Below, one piece after another: positions 15,609 through 25,342 of a DNA stretch of 42,054 nucleotides. Numbering within the stretch: the first letter of the stretch is position 1; each line of letters opens with the position of its first letter. A model generated the notes under the pieces. The model saw only the letters and a list, made by a program, of their open reading frames with translations, searched no databases and had not been told where the DNA came from. The stretch comes from a virus. Location of the stretch: IMG/VR virus record IMGVR_UViG_3300005515_000015. The stretch is one strand, 5' to 3'. The translations under genes were made by a program, and so were the position numbers.

Positions 15609-15761
15609 CCCCTGCATGGGAGGGGGAGGGCGAAAGTCTCAGACCCCTACCGACCTGACCGGCGCCCTAACGACAAAAAAAGCGGCGCTATATTTTTGAC
15701 GATAACTTTTTTTTCGGGACCGGGCGGGGCGGTTGGCCGACAAGCGGATGACTGATCGACC

Positions 15762-16400
15762 ATGGGACGGCGCAAGGATGACCCGTTGTTGCAGGCTGCG
15801 AAGGGCTTTCCCGGTCGCCGTCGTGGCAAGGTCGAAAAGGAAATCGAGGCGGCGGCCGAAGCGGCTGCCGTGCAGCCGGCGACTGCGGCTGATCCGTTCC
15901 CCACTCCGGAAGAGTTCCTGAAGGCGCCGGCTTACTGGTCGGTCGCGATCAAGATCTGGAAGGAACAATCGGAGGTGCTTCGGACTGCTGGTCGCCGTCG
16001 GCCTGGCTACCGTCGAGCGCTCGCCCGCTACTGCATGTGGTCGCAGTTCTTCTTCGCCGCCGGCGAGCAACTGCGGAAGGATCTGCCTAGAGGCGGTGCC
16101 TCGATCAAGGTCAAGAAAGGTGATGGCGAGTGGGTCACGCGCATTCACCCGAACATCGACTTCATGGCGAAGGCCGAAACGGCGCTGCGGCTGCTCGATG
16201 CAGAGTTCGGCTTCACGCCGGTGCGCGACCAGGACCTGGTGCGCGTCGAATCCTTCAACGCCGGTCAGGGCAAGTTGCCGCTCGGCGGCTCCGCCCCGTC
16301 GCAGTCGTCGCGACCGGCGCCGGCAGGACAGCCGATGGCCGATCCGATGGACCTGATGAACGCAAGCGACAGCCCACCGCCTGGCACGCGAACACAGTGA
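15762..16400 (+). CDS. terS: Terminase small subunit (P27 family)
   Basis: ALRLLDAEFGFTPVRDQDL motif and position before terL. Confidence 0.8.
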   Translation: MGRRKDDPLLQAAKGFPGRRRGKVEKEIEAAAEAAAVQPATAADPFPTPEEFLKAPAYWSVAIKIWKEQSEVLRTAGRRRPGYRRALARYCMWSQFFFAAGEQLRKDLPRGGASIKVKKGDGEWVTRIHPNIDFMAKAETALRLLDAEFGFTPVRDQDLVRVESFNAGQGKLPLGGSAPSQSSRPAPAGQPMADPMDLMNASDSPPPGTRTQ

Positions 16401-16409
16401 GGAGCCGAC

Positions 16410-18155
16410 ATGGCCGCGCAATATCCGCTGGCCATACCCTATCCCGACTGGCTGGCAGAGGTTGCCGACGATCCGGCCTACAAGTGGGCGATCTCGGGCT
16501 GGGACCGGGCCGCCGCGGTGCCCGGTGCGTGGTTCGACTACGCCAAGGCTGACAGGGTCGTCGAGCGTTGGCCGGAAATCTTCCGGCTCACAAACGACCG
16601 CTTCAAGGGCGTGCCTTTCCGCCTGGTGAAGTGGCAGGCGATCACGGTTCGATTGCTGGTCGGCTGGAAAAAGCCGATCGAGGTTATCGATCCGGCGACG
16701 CATCTGCCCGCGATCGAGCACGTTCGGGTGTTCAAGCGGCTGGATCTCTGGATTCCGCGCAAGAACGGCAAGTCTGAGTTCCTCGCGGCGATCGCCGTGC
16801 TCTTCTTCGTCCTGGAGAAGGTCAACGGCGCGGAAGCCTACGTCTTCGGGCGCAACGAGGATCAGGGCCGCGTCCCTTTCGGGAAGATGCAGGACATCAT
16901 CCGCGAAGCCGACGGGCTGATGGAGGATGTTCACGGCAACGAACGCATTTCGTTGCACGACAAGACGATCTTCCTGCGTGAGACGACTTCTCTGTGCTCG
17001 CTTCTCACGGGCACTCCGGACGGAAAGCATGGTCGCTCGCCGACAGTCATCGTCGGCGACGAGATCCACGAATGGAAAACGCGCGATCTCGCCGACAACC
17101 TGCGGCAAGGCACCGGCGCCCGGCTCCAGCCGATCGAACTTTACGCTTCGACGGCGGGTCGGAAGCAGAACAGGACAGGCTTCGAGTGGTTCGAAGAGTC
17201 GATGGCCATCATGCGTGGCGACATCGACGACCCGACGACGCTGGTCGTGTTCTTCGGCATCGATGAGGATGACGACTGGACCGACGAGGCGACTTGGCGG
17301 AAGGCAAATCCGAGCCTCGGCCTCACGCCGACGCTGGATTACCTCCGCACCGAGTACAAAAAGGCCAAGGGTCGGCCGGCGCTAGAAGCGATTTTCCAGT
17401 GCTACCACCTCAACCGGTGGGTCGATCAGCTCTCCGGCTGGATACCACGCCCGAAATGGGCGGCTTGCAGCGATCCGTCAAAACCCTGGCGCACGCTCTG
17501 GGCGCAGCACAAGGGGCGGCGAGCCTTCCTCGCATGCGACGTCTCGTCGACGAAGGACATTACCGCCCTCGTCGTCGTTATCCCACCTGATGATCGGCAT
17601 GAAAAATGGGTGATCATTCCGCTTTTCTGGGTGCCCGAGGCGACGCTCGACGAGCGAGCGCAGCAGGACAAGCGGGTGAATTGGAAGCAGTGGGTCGCCG
17701 ACGGCGCGCTTCGGACCACGCCCGGCGACTCCGTCGACCAGAATTTTGTGCTGGAGGCGATCAAGGACGCCTTCGGGCAGTTCGAGGTCCAGGCCTTCGG
17801 CTTCGACCCTTGGAACGCGCGGAAACTTGCCGGCGACCTCCAGCGCGACGGCATGGACCCGGAAGTACAGGTCGAGATGCGGCAAGGGCACCAAACCTTG
17901 TCGGGGCCAACGAAGGAATTCGAGCGGCTCGTCTTCGCAGAAAAGGTCGAGCACGGCGCGCATCCGGTTCTTGCCTGGATGGCGGGGCACTGCACGGTCA
18001 GGTTCGATGTGAACCTGAACTACGTGCCCGACAAAAAGAACTCTTTGGACAAGATCGACGGCATCGTCGCCACGGTAATGGGCGTCGGTCTCGCGATGGG
18101 GGGCGAGGAAGACGGAATGGACGGCTACTTCAAGAGTCTGGCGGGTGCAGCGTGA
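16410..18155 (+). CDS. terL: Terminase large subunit
   Basis: 581 aa. Walker-type LWIPRKNGKSEF, VIVGDEIHEW, and a C-terminal nuclease region. GAGGAG RBS. Confidence 0.9.
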   Translation: MAAQYPLAIPYPDWLAEVADDPAYKWAISGWDRAAAVPGAWFDYAKADRVVERWPEIFRLTNDRFKGVPFRLVKWQAITVRLLVGWKKPIEVIDPATHLPAIEHVRVFKRLDLWIPRKNGKSEFLAAIAVLFFVLEKVNGAEAYVFGRNEDQGRVPFGKMQDIIREADGLMEDVHGNERISLHDKTIFLRETTSLCSLLTGTPDGKHGRSPTVIVGDEIHEWKTRDLADNLRQGTGARLQPIELYASTAGRKQNRTGFEWFEESMAIMRGDIDDPTTLVVFFGIDEDDDWTDEATWRKANPSLGLTPTLDYLRTEYKKAKGRPALEAIFQCYHLNRWVDQLSGWIPRPKWAACSDPSKPWRTLWAQHKGRRAFLACDVSSTKDITALVVVIPPDDRHEKWVIIPLFWVPEATLDERAQQDKRVNWKQWVADGALRTTPGDSVDQNFVLEAIKDAFGQFEVQAFGFDPWNARKLAGDLQRDGMDPEVQVEMRQGHQTLSGPTKEFERLVFAEKVEHGAHPVLAWMAGHCTVRFDVNLNYVPDKKNSLDKIDGIVATVMGVGLAMGGEEDGMDGYFKSLAGAA

Positions 18156-18169
18156 ACATTCTCCGAAAA

Positions 18170-19396
18170 ATGGCAGGGTTTTTCGTTCGCCCGTTGGACA
18201 TCACCGATCCGGGATCGTTTCAGTCGTCGGCAACGCGCGTCGATTCGGGCGAGATCGTCACCGGCAGCAGCGTTCTAGGCCTTTCTGCCGTGTGGGCTTG
18301 CGTCAACCTCCTGGCTGGTACGATCGCCAGCCTCCCGGTCATGGTCTACAAGATCAATGCCAAGGGCGAGAAGGAAGTCGACAAGGCGCACCCGCTCTAT
18401 CGCCTCCTGCACGACAGCCCGAATTACGATCAGACGGCAGTCGATTTCTGGGAATTCACTAGCGCCGCCGTCGAGCTGCGTGGCAACGCTTACGCAAAGA
18501 TCGAGCGCAACGGTGACCGCCCCATCGCATTGCGACCGGTCGCACCACAGATCATGTCGGTTCGCAGGACCGCGCAAGGTCCGATCGAATACAGTTGGAC
18601 ACAGGATGGCAAGTCCTACGTCGAGACCGAGAAGAGCGTCCTACATATTCGTGGTTTCGGTGGCGATCCGCTGGGTGGGCTATCGACGCTGCACTTCGGT
18701 CGCAACACGTTCGGCCTTGCCCAGGCGATCGACAGATCTGCCGGATCGACCTTTCGGAATGGCCTGCGCCCTTTCTTCCAGGTCGTTTTCGAAAAGTGGC
18801 TGACGCCGGAGCAGCGAGAACTGGCCGAAACACGGATGGTTGAAAAGTACAGCGGGGCGGTCAACGCGGGTAAGCCCTACATCGCGGAAGGCGGAGCCAA
18901 ATTGGAGCCGCTTTCCCTAAAACCTGAAGACGCCCAGATGCTGCAATCTCGGAGCTTTTCCGTCGAGGAAGTCTGCCGTTTCTTCGGCGTCCCGCCTTTC
19001 ATGATCGGGCACACCGAGAAATCCAGCAGCTGGGGCACCGGACTCGAGCAGCAGACGCTGGGGTTTCAGAAGTTTACGCTCCGCCGTCGATTGAAGCGCA
19101 TAGAGCAGGCGCTGGAAAAGCAGCTCCTGACGCCGGCCGATCGGGCGAAAGGCGTCTCGATCGAGTTCAGCCTCGAAGGCCTGTTGCGAGCCGACAGCGC
19201 CGGCCGCGCACGGTTCTATCAGATGATGACCGGTATCGGCGCCATGACGATTAACGAAGTCCGGGCGCTCGAAAACCTTCCCGCCGTCGAGGGCGGCGAT
19301 GTCCCGCGCATGCAGATGCAGAACAAGCCGATTACCGAGATCGACGAAGAGGCCGTCCGGCAGCTGATTGCCGAGCAGAGAGGGCAGAGCGAATGA
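18170..19396 (+). CDS. Portal protein (HK97 family)
   Basis: About 408 aa after terL. ATG 18170 (alternative GTG 18152). The ORF-track N-terminal extension overlaps terL and is Arg/Gly-rich. Confidence 0.85.
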   Translation: MAGFFVRPLDITDPGSFQSSATRVDSGEIVTGSSVLGLSAVWACVNLLAGTIASLPVMVYKINAKGEKEVDKAHPLYRLLHDSPNYDQTAVDFWEFTSAAVELRGNAYAKIERNGDRPIALRPVAPQIMSVRRTAQGPIEYSWTQDGKSYVETEKSVLHIRGFGGDPLGGLSTLHFGRNTFGLAQAIDRSAGSTFRNGLRPFFQVVFEKWLTPEQRELAETRMVEKYSGAVNAGKPYIAEGGAKLEPLSLKPEDAQMLQSRSFSVEEVCRFFGVPPFMIGHTEKSSSWGTGLEQQTLGFQKFTLRRRLKRIEQALEKQLLTPADRAKGVSIEFSLEGLLRADSAGRARFYQMMTGIGAMTINEVRALENLPAVEGGDVPRMQMQNKPITEIDEEAVRQLIAEQRGQSE

Positions 19397-20112
19397 CCAG
19401 CTTCCACAGCTTCCCGAGAATGGAAAAATCCGGTGACGACGCGATGCTGAAAGTCGGCGCCTGCGTCGAGGTCAAGGCCGATTCCTTAAAGGAAAGCGGC
19501 GAGTTCGAGGGGTACGGATCGACCTTTGGGGGCAAGCCCGACAGCTATGGCGACGTCATCGCCGCTGGCGCTTTCACTGACACGTTGGCGGCACACAAGG
19601 CCGCCGGGACCATGCCGAAACTGTTTTGGCAGCACGATCCGAGCAAGCCCATCGGCAGGTGGCTCGATGCCAAGGAAGACGGCAAGGGTCTCTTTCTCCG
19701 TGGAAAGCTGAACATGGATGTGCAGCAGGCCCGAGAGGCTTACTCGCATCTCAAGAATGGCGACATCGACGGCCTCTCGATCGGCTATCGCATCAAGGAA
19801 TACTCGGTCGATACCGAGACCCATGTTTGGACGCTTGAGAAGCTGGACCTCAGAGAGGTTTCCATCGTCTCGATCGGCGCGAATGAGAGCGCGACGATTT
19901 CCAGCGTCAAGGCTGTCAAGCAGCTACAGGGACTAACCGAAAAGCTGAAGGCCGGGGACCGGCTGACAGAGCGGGAATTCGAGACTTGGCTCAAGGGCTT
20001 GGGCTTCTCGAATTCACAGGCGGAGCGTGCCGCGCGTCTCCACCTGAAAGGGCAGAGGGAATCTGCCGGTGCGGAAGAAGCGCTTGCCTTCCTGCAAGCA
20101 ATGCGGGGCTGA
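19393..20112 (+). CDS. Prohead maturation protease (HK97 family)
   Basis: GEFEGYGSTFGGKPDSYGDVIAAGAFTDTL...LSIGY motifs. ATGA overlap with the portal gene. Confidence 0.85.
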   Translation: MTSFHSFPRMEKSGDDAMLKVGACVEVKADSLKESGEFEGYGSTFGGKPDSYGDVIAAGAFTDTLAAHKAAGTMPKLFWQHDPSKPIGRWLDAKEDGKGLFLRGKLNMDVQQAREAYSHLKNGDIDGLSIGYRIKEYSVDTETHVWTLEKLDLREVSIVSIGANESATISSVKAVKQLQGLTEKLKAGDRLTEREFETWLKGLGFSNSQAERAARLHLKGQRESAGAEEALAFLQAMRG

Positions 20113-20150
20113 AAGCCTCCACCACCTCAACCACATTTCAGGAGATTCCC

Positions 20151-21473
20151 ATGTTGGGACATAAGCGATACGCCCTCGCGGCGTCGACCCTTGCCGTGCT
20201 CGGCGCCATGACGGCTTTTGAGCGCGCCGCCGGCCGTTACCTCCGTGCACCCGACCACACTTCCGAAGGGACGAAGACCGCCGCCGAGCTCGCGGCCGAA
20301 ATCAAGGCCGATCACCAGAAGGCCATCGACGGTGTCAAGGCCATCGCCGAGGAAGCGCTCGGCAAGGCCAAGGCCGGCGAGACCTTGACGACCTCGCTCA
20401 AGGAAAAGGCTGACGAAGCGCTCGTCAAGATGAACGAACTCGTCGAGCAGGTTGCCCAGGTCGAGCAAAAGATGGCGCGCGGCGGCGGCCAGGGCGGCGA
20501 GGGGGCCAAGTCGTTAGGCGAGCAGTTTACAGAAAGTGAGGGCTTCAAGGCCTGGCAGGACGGTGGTTTCTCCAAGAACGCGCGCGGCGCTGATCTGAAG
20601 ATCAAGGCGACCCTCACCTCAGCTACCACCGCCGCCGCCGGCTCAGTCGGCGATGCCATTGCTCCGACGCGTCTCCCGGGCATCCTGGAACTTCCGCAGC
20701 GGCGCCTTACCGTGCGCGGGCTCATTACGCCCGGTCAGATGGGCGGCAACACGATCGAATATGTCAAGGAAACCGGCTTCAACAACAACGCCGGCATGGT
20801 TGCCGAAGGCGATGCCAAGCCCTCGTCCGATATTCAGTTGGAGCTCGTGACGACCTCGGCGAGGGTCATTGCCCACTGGATGAAGGCCTCCAAGCAGGTG
20901 CTGGAGGACATCCCGCAACTTCGCTCGATGATCGACGCGCGCCTCGATTACGGCCTGGCACTCAAGGAAGAACAGCAGTTGCTGAACGGCGACGGAACGG
21001 GCCAGAACCTGCTCGGTATCATCCCGCAGGCGACGGCATACGCTGCCCCGATCGCGGTCGAAGACATGAGCATGCTCGACGTCCTGCGCCTGGCAATGCT
21101 CCAGGCAGCTTTGGCCGAGTACCCGGCGACCGGCCATGTGTTGCACCCGACCGATTGGGCGTACATCGAGACAAAGAAGGACAATATCGGCCGCTACATC
21201 ATCGGCAATCCGCAGGGCTCAGTTGAGCCGACGTTATGGCGTCTTCCCGTCGTCGAAACACAGGCCATCGCGCCGCGCAAGTTCCTGACCGGCGCCTATC
21301 GTCAGGGTGCGCAGCTGTTCGACCGTTGGGAGTCGCGCATTGAGGTCGGCTATGTGAACGATGACTTCACGAAGAACCTCGTGACCATCCTCGGCGAAGA
21401 ACGCCTGGCGCTCGCGGTGTATCGCCCGGAAGCGTTCATTTATGGCGATTTCGATACGGCCTTGGCTGCCTGA
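20151..21473 (+). CDS. Major capsid protein (HK97 fold) with N-terminal coiled-coil delta domain
   Basis: 440 aa. GGAG RBS before ATG 20151. Coiled-coil region followed by a typical capsid body. Follows the protease gene. Confidence 0.85.
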   Translation: MLGHKRYALAASTLAVLGAMTAFERAAGRYLRAPDHTSEGTKTAAELAAEIKADHQKAIDGVKAIAEEALGKAKAGETLTTSLKEKADEALVKMNELVEQVAQVEQKMARGGGQGGEGAKSLGEQFTESEGFKAWQDGGFSKNARGADLKIKATLTSATTAAAGSVGDAIAPTRLPGILELPQRRLTVRGLITPGQMGGNTIEYVKETGFNNNAGMVAEGDAKPSSDIQLELVTTSARVIAHWMKASKQVLEDIPQLRSMIDARLDYGLALKEEQQLLNGDGTGQNLLGIIPQATAYAAPIAVEDMSMLDVLRLAMLQAALAEYPATGHVLHPTDWAYIETKKDNIGRYIIGNPQGSVEPTLWRLPVVETQAIAPRKFLTGAYRQGAQLFDRWESRIEVGYVNDDFTKNLVTILGEERLALAVYRPEAFIYGDFDTALAA

Positions 21474-21493
21474 TCTCTGATCGGCTCAGCAAG

Positions 21494-21520
21494 GCGGGCG
21501 GCAATCGCCGCCCGCTCTCT
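21494..21520 (+). terminator. Stem-loop after the capsid gene (attenuator/terminator-like)
   Basis: GCGGGCGGC-AATC-GCCGCCCGC: perfect 9-bp stem, then TCTCT (weak U tract). Confidence 0.5.
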
Positions 21521-21540
21521 GAACCGATGGAGAGTCGATC

Positions 21541-21765
21541 ATGTCTAATCTTTTTGAGTGGAAAGTCCTGCGGCGCCACGACGGTGACCGCCTCTATGAT
21601 GAGGGCGAGGTCCGCATCGGCACCAAGCCCGATCTGGGCCACCTGTCTCCCAAAACCCTGCAGCTGATCGGCCCGGCGCGCGCGCGCAAGGCAGACGCTT
21701 CCCCGTTGAACAAGGCCGAGCGCGCTCCTGCGAACAAGGCCAGCACCGGCCGCAAGGCCAAGTAA
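21541..21765 (+). CDS. Hypothetical protein, 74 aa
   Basis: ORF with a basic C-terminus in the head module. Confidence 0.5.
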   Translation: MSNLFEWKVLRRHDGDRLYDEGEVRIGTKPDLGHLSPKTLQLIGPARARKADASPLNKAERAPANKASTGRKAK

Positions 21766-21796
21766 AGGCCTGCGGGCCGAGAAAGGAAGACCGAAC

Positions 21797-22171
21797 ATGA
21801 AACGCTTTAAGGTGACGGTTACCACGGCCGCCGACGGAACCGCGATCGGGTACACCCCGCGTACCTCCGGCAAGGTCCATCAGATCGAGTACGTCAAGGA
21901 CGGCGCCAACGGGTACGCAAACGGCGTCGACTTTACCGTGACCGGCGAGGCGACCGGTGTCGGAATCTGGGCCGAGAGTGACGTGAATGCTTCCGCCATC
22001 CGTGCTCCTCGCCAGCCTACCCATTCGCAGGCGGGCGCCGCATCTCTGTACGCGGCCGGCGGCACGGGCGTCCAGGACAAGATCGGCATCGCCAATGATC
22101 GCGTGAAAATTGCTGTCGCTCAGGGCGGCAGCGCGAAGGTCGGCGTTTTCCACGTCCTGATTGATGGCTAA
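21797..22171 (+). CDS. Hypothetical head-module structural protein, 124 aa
   Basis: AAGGAAG RBS. Beta-rich composition. Lies between the capsid and connector genes. Confidence 0.6.
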   Translation: MKRFKVTVTTAADGTAIGYTPRTSGKVHQIEYVKDGANGYANGVDFTVTGEATGVGIWAESDVNASAIRAPRQPTHSQAGAASLYAAGGTGVQDKIGIANDRVKIAVAQGGSAKVGVFHVLIDG

Positions 22172-22781
22172 CCAAATGCACCGTCCCGTTCTTGTGACTC
22201 CGCCTGCCGATATGGCCGTGTCGATCGAGGAAGCGATGCGGCAGTGCCGTATCAGCGCCGACAACTATGATGCTGTTGGGTTGATGGAAATTCAGCAGCT
22301 GCTCGGCGCCTATATCCTTGCCGCGACAGAGCTTCTCGACGGCTGGACCGGCATTCTGGGGCGGTGTCTGAAAACGCAGGTGTGGCGGCAGGATTTCGAC
22401 GGGTTCGGCCGTTGCCTGCCGCTCGGTCTCGGGCCGGTCAGCGCGATCGGTTCCGTGACGTGGCGCGACGGCGAGGGGCAGCTCTCGACCGTTGGTCCTG
22501 CCGACTATGCGTTGGCGACGGATGGCGGCGGTCGCAGCACCGTGCGCTTCCGCAATGCCTGGTCGATGCCCGGCGATCTCTATGAGTCTGCCGCCGTTTC
22601 GGTGACCTATACGGCCGGTAGCGCCAGCGTGCCGGTTCCAATCCAGCAGGCGATCCTGCTTGCGGTCGGCGCCTGGTACGAGAACCGGGAGGAGACCGTG
22701 ATCGGGACGATCGCCTCCAGCCTGCCGGCGAGTGTTGCGATTGATCGGTTGCTGGCACCTTATCGGCGGACGGGTCTCTGA
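22164..22781 (+). CDS. Head-tail connector (gp6-like) protein
   Basis: Position and N-terminal VSIEEAMRQCRISADNYD...LLGAYILAATELLDGWTG pattern. Confidence 0.7.
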   Translation: MANQMHRPVLVTPPADMAVSIEEAMRQCRISADNYDAVGLMEIQQLLGAYILAATELLDGWTGILGRCLKTQVWRQDFDGFGRCLPLGLGPVSAIGSVTWRDGEGQLSTVGPADYALATDGGGRSTVRFRNAWSMPGDLYESAAVSVTYTAGSASVPVPIQQAILLAVGAWYENREETVIGTIASSLPASVAIDRLLAPYRRTGL

Positions 22782-23101
22782 TGCGCGCCGGGAAACTGGA
22801 CAAGCGCGTCGCCATTCTGCGCGAGCAGGAGACCGGCCGTGATGAGGTCAATCAGCCGATCATTGAATGGGTAACGGTTGCCACCGTGTGGGGGCAGCTC
22901 GCGCCGGATCGCGGGGGCGAGCGCATTGAGGCGCAGCAGCTGACGGGCGCGGAGAACGCGACATTCCGGATCGGCTATCGTGGCGATCTCACGGTGAAGG
23001 ACCGGGTCACCTGCGAGGGGCGAGCCTGGGATATCCGAAGCGTGCGCGAAATCGGCCGCCGGGTCGGCACTGAGTTCGACGTGACGGCGAGGGCGGATTG
23101 A
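22781..23101 (+). CDS. Head closure / head-tail adaptor protein
   Basis: MRAGKLDKRVAILRE...WVTVATVWGQL...FRIGYRGDLTVKDRV pattern of SPP1 gp16/HK97 gp9-type adaptors. Confidence 0.75.
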   Translation: MRAGKLDKRVAILREQETGRDEVNQPIIEWVTVATVWGQLAPDRGGERIEAQQLTGAENATFRIGYRGDLTVKDRVTCEGRAWDIRSVREIGRRVGTEFDVTARAD

Positions 23102-23553
23102 TGCGGACGAAGGTCAAGGTCGAAGGCCTGCGCGAATTGGAAAAGGCTCTCCGGGATCTCGGCAAGGTGACCGCCCGCAATGTCGGGCGGCGGGTGCTAA
23201 CGAAGGCGGCGGAGCCGATCGCGGATGCGGGCCGGGCGAATGCCCCGCTTGGACCGACCGGGAACCTCAAGGATTCCTATGGTGTCGGCACGAAACTGAC
23301 ACGGCGGCAATCGAAGCTTAACCGGAAGCAAAGCCCCGTCGAGGTCTATGCCGGGCCGAACGATCCCGCCGCAGTCCAGACCGAATTCGGCAACGAGCAC
23401 CAGGCGGCAAAACCCCACCTTCGCCCCGCGTGGGATGCGAACAAGGACCGCTCGCTCGACATCATCAAAACCGGTCTCGTGACCGAGATCGAAAAAGCCA
23501 CGGCCCGCGCGCAGCGCAAGGCCGAACGCGAAGCGCGAAAGCTCGGCGGTTGA
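23101..23553 (+). CDS. HK97 gp10-family tail-completion protein
   Basis: VKVEGLRELEKALRDLGK...TGNLKDSY pattern. ATG 23101 (TGATG overlap). Confidence 0.75.
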   Translation: MRTKVKVEGLRELEKALRDLGKVTARNVGRRVLTKAAEPIADAGRANAPLGPTGNLKDSYGVGTKLTRRQSKLNRKQSPVEVYAGPNDPAAVQTEFGNEHQAAKPHLRPAWDANKDRSLDIIKTGLVTEIEKATARAQRKAEREARKLGG

Positions 23554-23557
23554 TCCT

Positions 23558-23947
23558 ATGGAAGAAGCATTGACGGCACTTCTGCTTAGCGATGCCGCCG
23601 TCAAGCGGCTGATCGGTACGCGGTTGCATTGGGGCAGGGCGCCACAAGGCGAAAAGCCAGACTATCTCGTGCTTCAAACGATCGGCGGCAGCCCTTCCTA
23701 TCACATGCAGGGCGCATCCCTCGTAGACCAGCGCGTGCAGTTCGACGCTTACGCCGAAACCTATCTAGCGGCGAAGCGGATCTCCGAGGCGGTGTTGCAG
23801 CTGCTCTCCGGCTACCGCGGCATTATCTCGGGCGTGCGGATCAAGGGCGGATTTGTCGACAATATCCGCGATCTCCCGACCGAAACCGACGTCAAGAAAC
23901 TCTTCCGCCGGTCGGCGGACATCATCATCTGGCACTCACGCCTCTGA
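23558..23947 (+). CDS. DUF3168 (gp11-like) tail terminator-type protein
   Basis: LLLSDAAVKRLIGTRLHWGRAPQGEKPDYLVLQ pattern and position. Confidence 0.7.
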   Translation: MEEALTALLLSDAAVKRLIGTRLHWGRAPQGEKPDYLVLQTIGGSPSYHMQGASLVDQRVQFDAYAETYLAAKRISEAVLQLLSGYRGIISGVRIKGGFVDNIRDLPTETDVKKLFRRSADIIIWHSRL

Positions 23948-23960
23948 AAGGGAGCCTGTC

Positions 23961-24650
23961 ATGGCAGACACTGAAGCATCCATTGGTTACGGCATCACTT
24001 TCGAGATGGCCGATCTCGCAACCCCGACGGTGTTCACCTACATCGCCGAGCTGAACGATATGACGCCGCCGTCGGAAGAAACCGACCAGGTCGACGCGTC
24101 GCATTTCCAGAGTCCGAACCGGACGCGGGAGTTCATCGAAAGCCTGACGGATGCCGGCGAGGCTTCCTTCGAGATGAATTACGTTCCGGGCTCGGCGTCC
24201 GACAAGGCGCTGATCGCCTCGAAGGGCAAGCGCAAGTGGTGCCGCATCACGTTCCCGAACGGTGTGCAGATCCTCTTTGTCGGTAGCCGGCAGACCTATG
24301 AGAAGGCGGCGCCGCTCGACGACAAGATGACGGCGACCGTGACCTTCAAGGTTTCGGGCGATCCGATCCAGACTGATCCGACCGCGCCGCGCAACATCGT
24401 CGCGCCGACGGTCACCGGCACGGCCAAAGTCGGCGCGCCGCTGATCCTTGATCCGGCTATCTGGGCCGGCGCCGAGACCTTCACCTTCCAGTGGAAGGTG
24501 GCCGGAGTTGCAGTCTCTGGCGCGACGGGCACCTCTTATGTGCCCGTTACCGGCGATATCGGCGATACCATCACCTGCGAGGTCACCGGCGCGAACGACA
24601 ACTTCAACACGATGGTTGCGACCGCCGCGACCGGCGCCGTTGTCGCCTAA
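23961..24650 (+). CDS. Major tail protein with C-terminal Ig-like extension
   Basis: GGGAG RBS before ATG 23961. Position before the chaperone pair. C-terminal repeat-like TGTAKVGAPL...VSGATGTSY. Confidence 0.8.
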   Translation: MADTEASIGYGITFEMADLATPTVFTYIAELNDMTPPSEETDQVDASHFQSPNRTREFIESLTDAGEASFEMNYVPGSASDKALIASKGKRKWCRITFPNGVQILFVGSRQTYEKAAPLDDKMTATVTFKVSGDPIQTDPTAPRNIVAPTVTGTAKVGAPLILDPAIWAGAETFTFQWKVAGVAVSGATGTSYVPVTGDIGDTITCEVTGANDNFNTMVATAATGAVVA

Positions 24651-24659
24651 GGGTTGGTC

Positions 24660-25031
24660 ATGACGAACAGCGTTAAGGGCGTCGTCACCCGTGAAATCGA
24701 CGGCAAAACATATGGCTTCCGGCTCGGCACCAACGAATGGTGCGAGCTGGAGGATGCGTTGGGCAAGAGCACGACAGCCATCGTGCGCGATCTGGAGGCG
24801 ATGGCGAAGGGCAAGGACGTCGACCAGCGTCTCTTCCGCGCCATCTTCCGGGCGGCTCTCAGCTTCTCCGATCCCGAGGCGACCGCGCACGACGCCGGCA
24901 ATATGATGGAGTCCATGGGCCTTGAGGCTGCCGGTCTCCTCGTCGTCGAGGTCGTACAGCTCGGCATGCCGAAACAGACGGCAGGGGCGAAGCGCCCCGC
25001 GGGAAAGCCGAAGCGGGTGGGGCGCCCCTAG
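24660..25031 (+). CDS. Tail assembly chaperone (G-like; GTA g10-like)
   Basis: Position between the major tail and tape measure genes. TREIDGKTYGFRLGTNEWCELEDALG pattern. Confidence 0.8.
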   Translation: MTNSVKGVVTREIDGKTYGFRLGTNEWCELEDALGKSTTAIVRDLEAMAKGKDVDQRLFRAIFRAALSFSDPEATAHDAGNMMESMGLEAAGLLVVEVVQLGMPKQTAGAKRPAGKPKRVGRP

Positions 25032-25339
25032 ACTGGGACGCTCTGCTCGCATCCTGGGTCGAGGTTGGGCAGGACCCCGCGCTCTTCTGGAATCTCACGC
25101 TTCGCGAAATCGACATCATCGTTCGCGGTGCAGTCGCCGGACAACGCAAGCGGCAGAATGAACTGCTGACCGCTGCCTGGTTCATGGCAAAGCTCAATGT
25201 CTATGCGCCGCAAAAGGCCAAAGACTTCGTCAAGCTGGAGAAGATCCTTCTCCGCGATGCCCCCTCGAAAGCCGCAAAACCCCACTGGCGCGACGTGCTC
25301 GCGAAGATGAGCGGCTGGGCGAAGCCCAAGCAAGGATAG
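24660..25339 (+). CDS. Tail assembly chaperone -1 frameshift fusion product (GT-like), about 226 aa
   Basis: Slippery heptamer G GGA AAG in the zero frame at 25001-25007. The -1 frame is open from 24926 to the TAG at 25337-25339 and has no ATG/GTG/TTG before 25184. It encodes ...DPALFWNLTLREIDII... (rcc01693/phiE125 gp8-like). Confidence 0.7.
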
Positions 25340-25342
25340 TCA

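Noticed and set aside
15639-17108. 489-aa minus-strand ORF antisense to terS/terL
   Set aside because: Arg-rich shadow ORF. The opposite strand encodes well-recognised terminase subunits with good RBSs.
17606-18151. N-terminal 180-aa extension of the portal ORF given in the ORF track
   Set aside because: It lies entirely inside terL in another frame and is Arg/Gly-rich. A GTG (18152) and an ATG (18170) occur right at the terL stop.
23925-25052. 375-aa minus-strand ORF across the major tail and chaperone genes
   Set aside because: Arg/Gly/Asp-rich with no motifs. It is antisense to a syntenic tail gene series.
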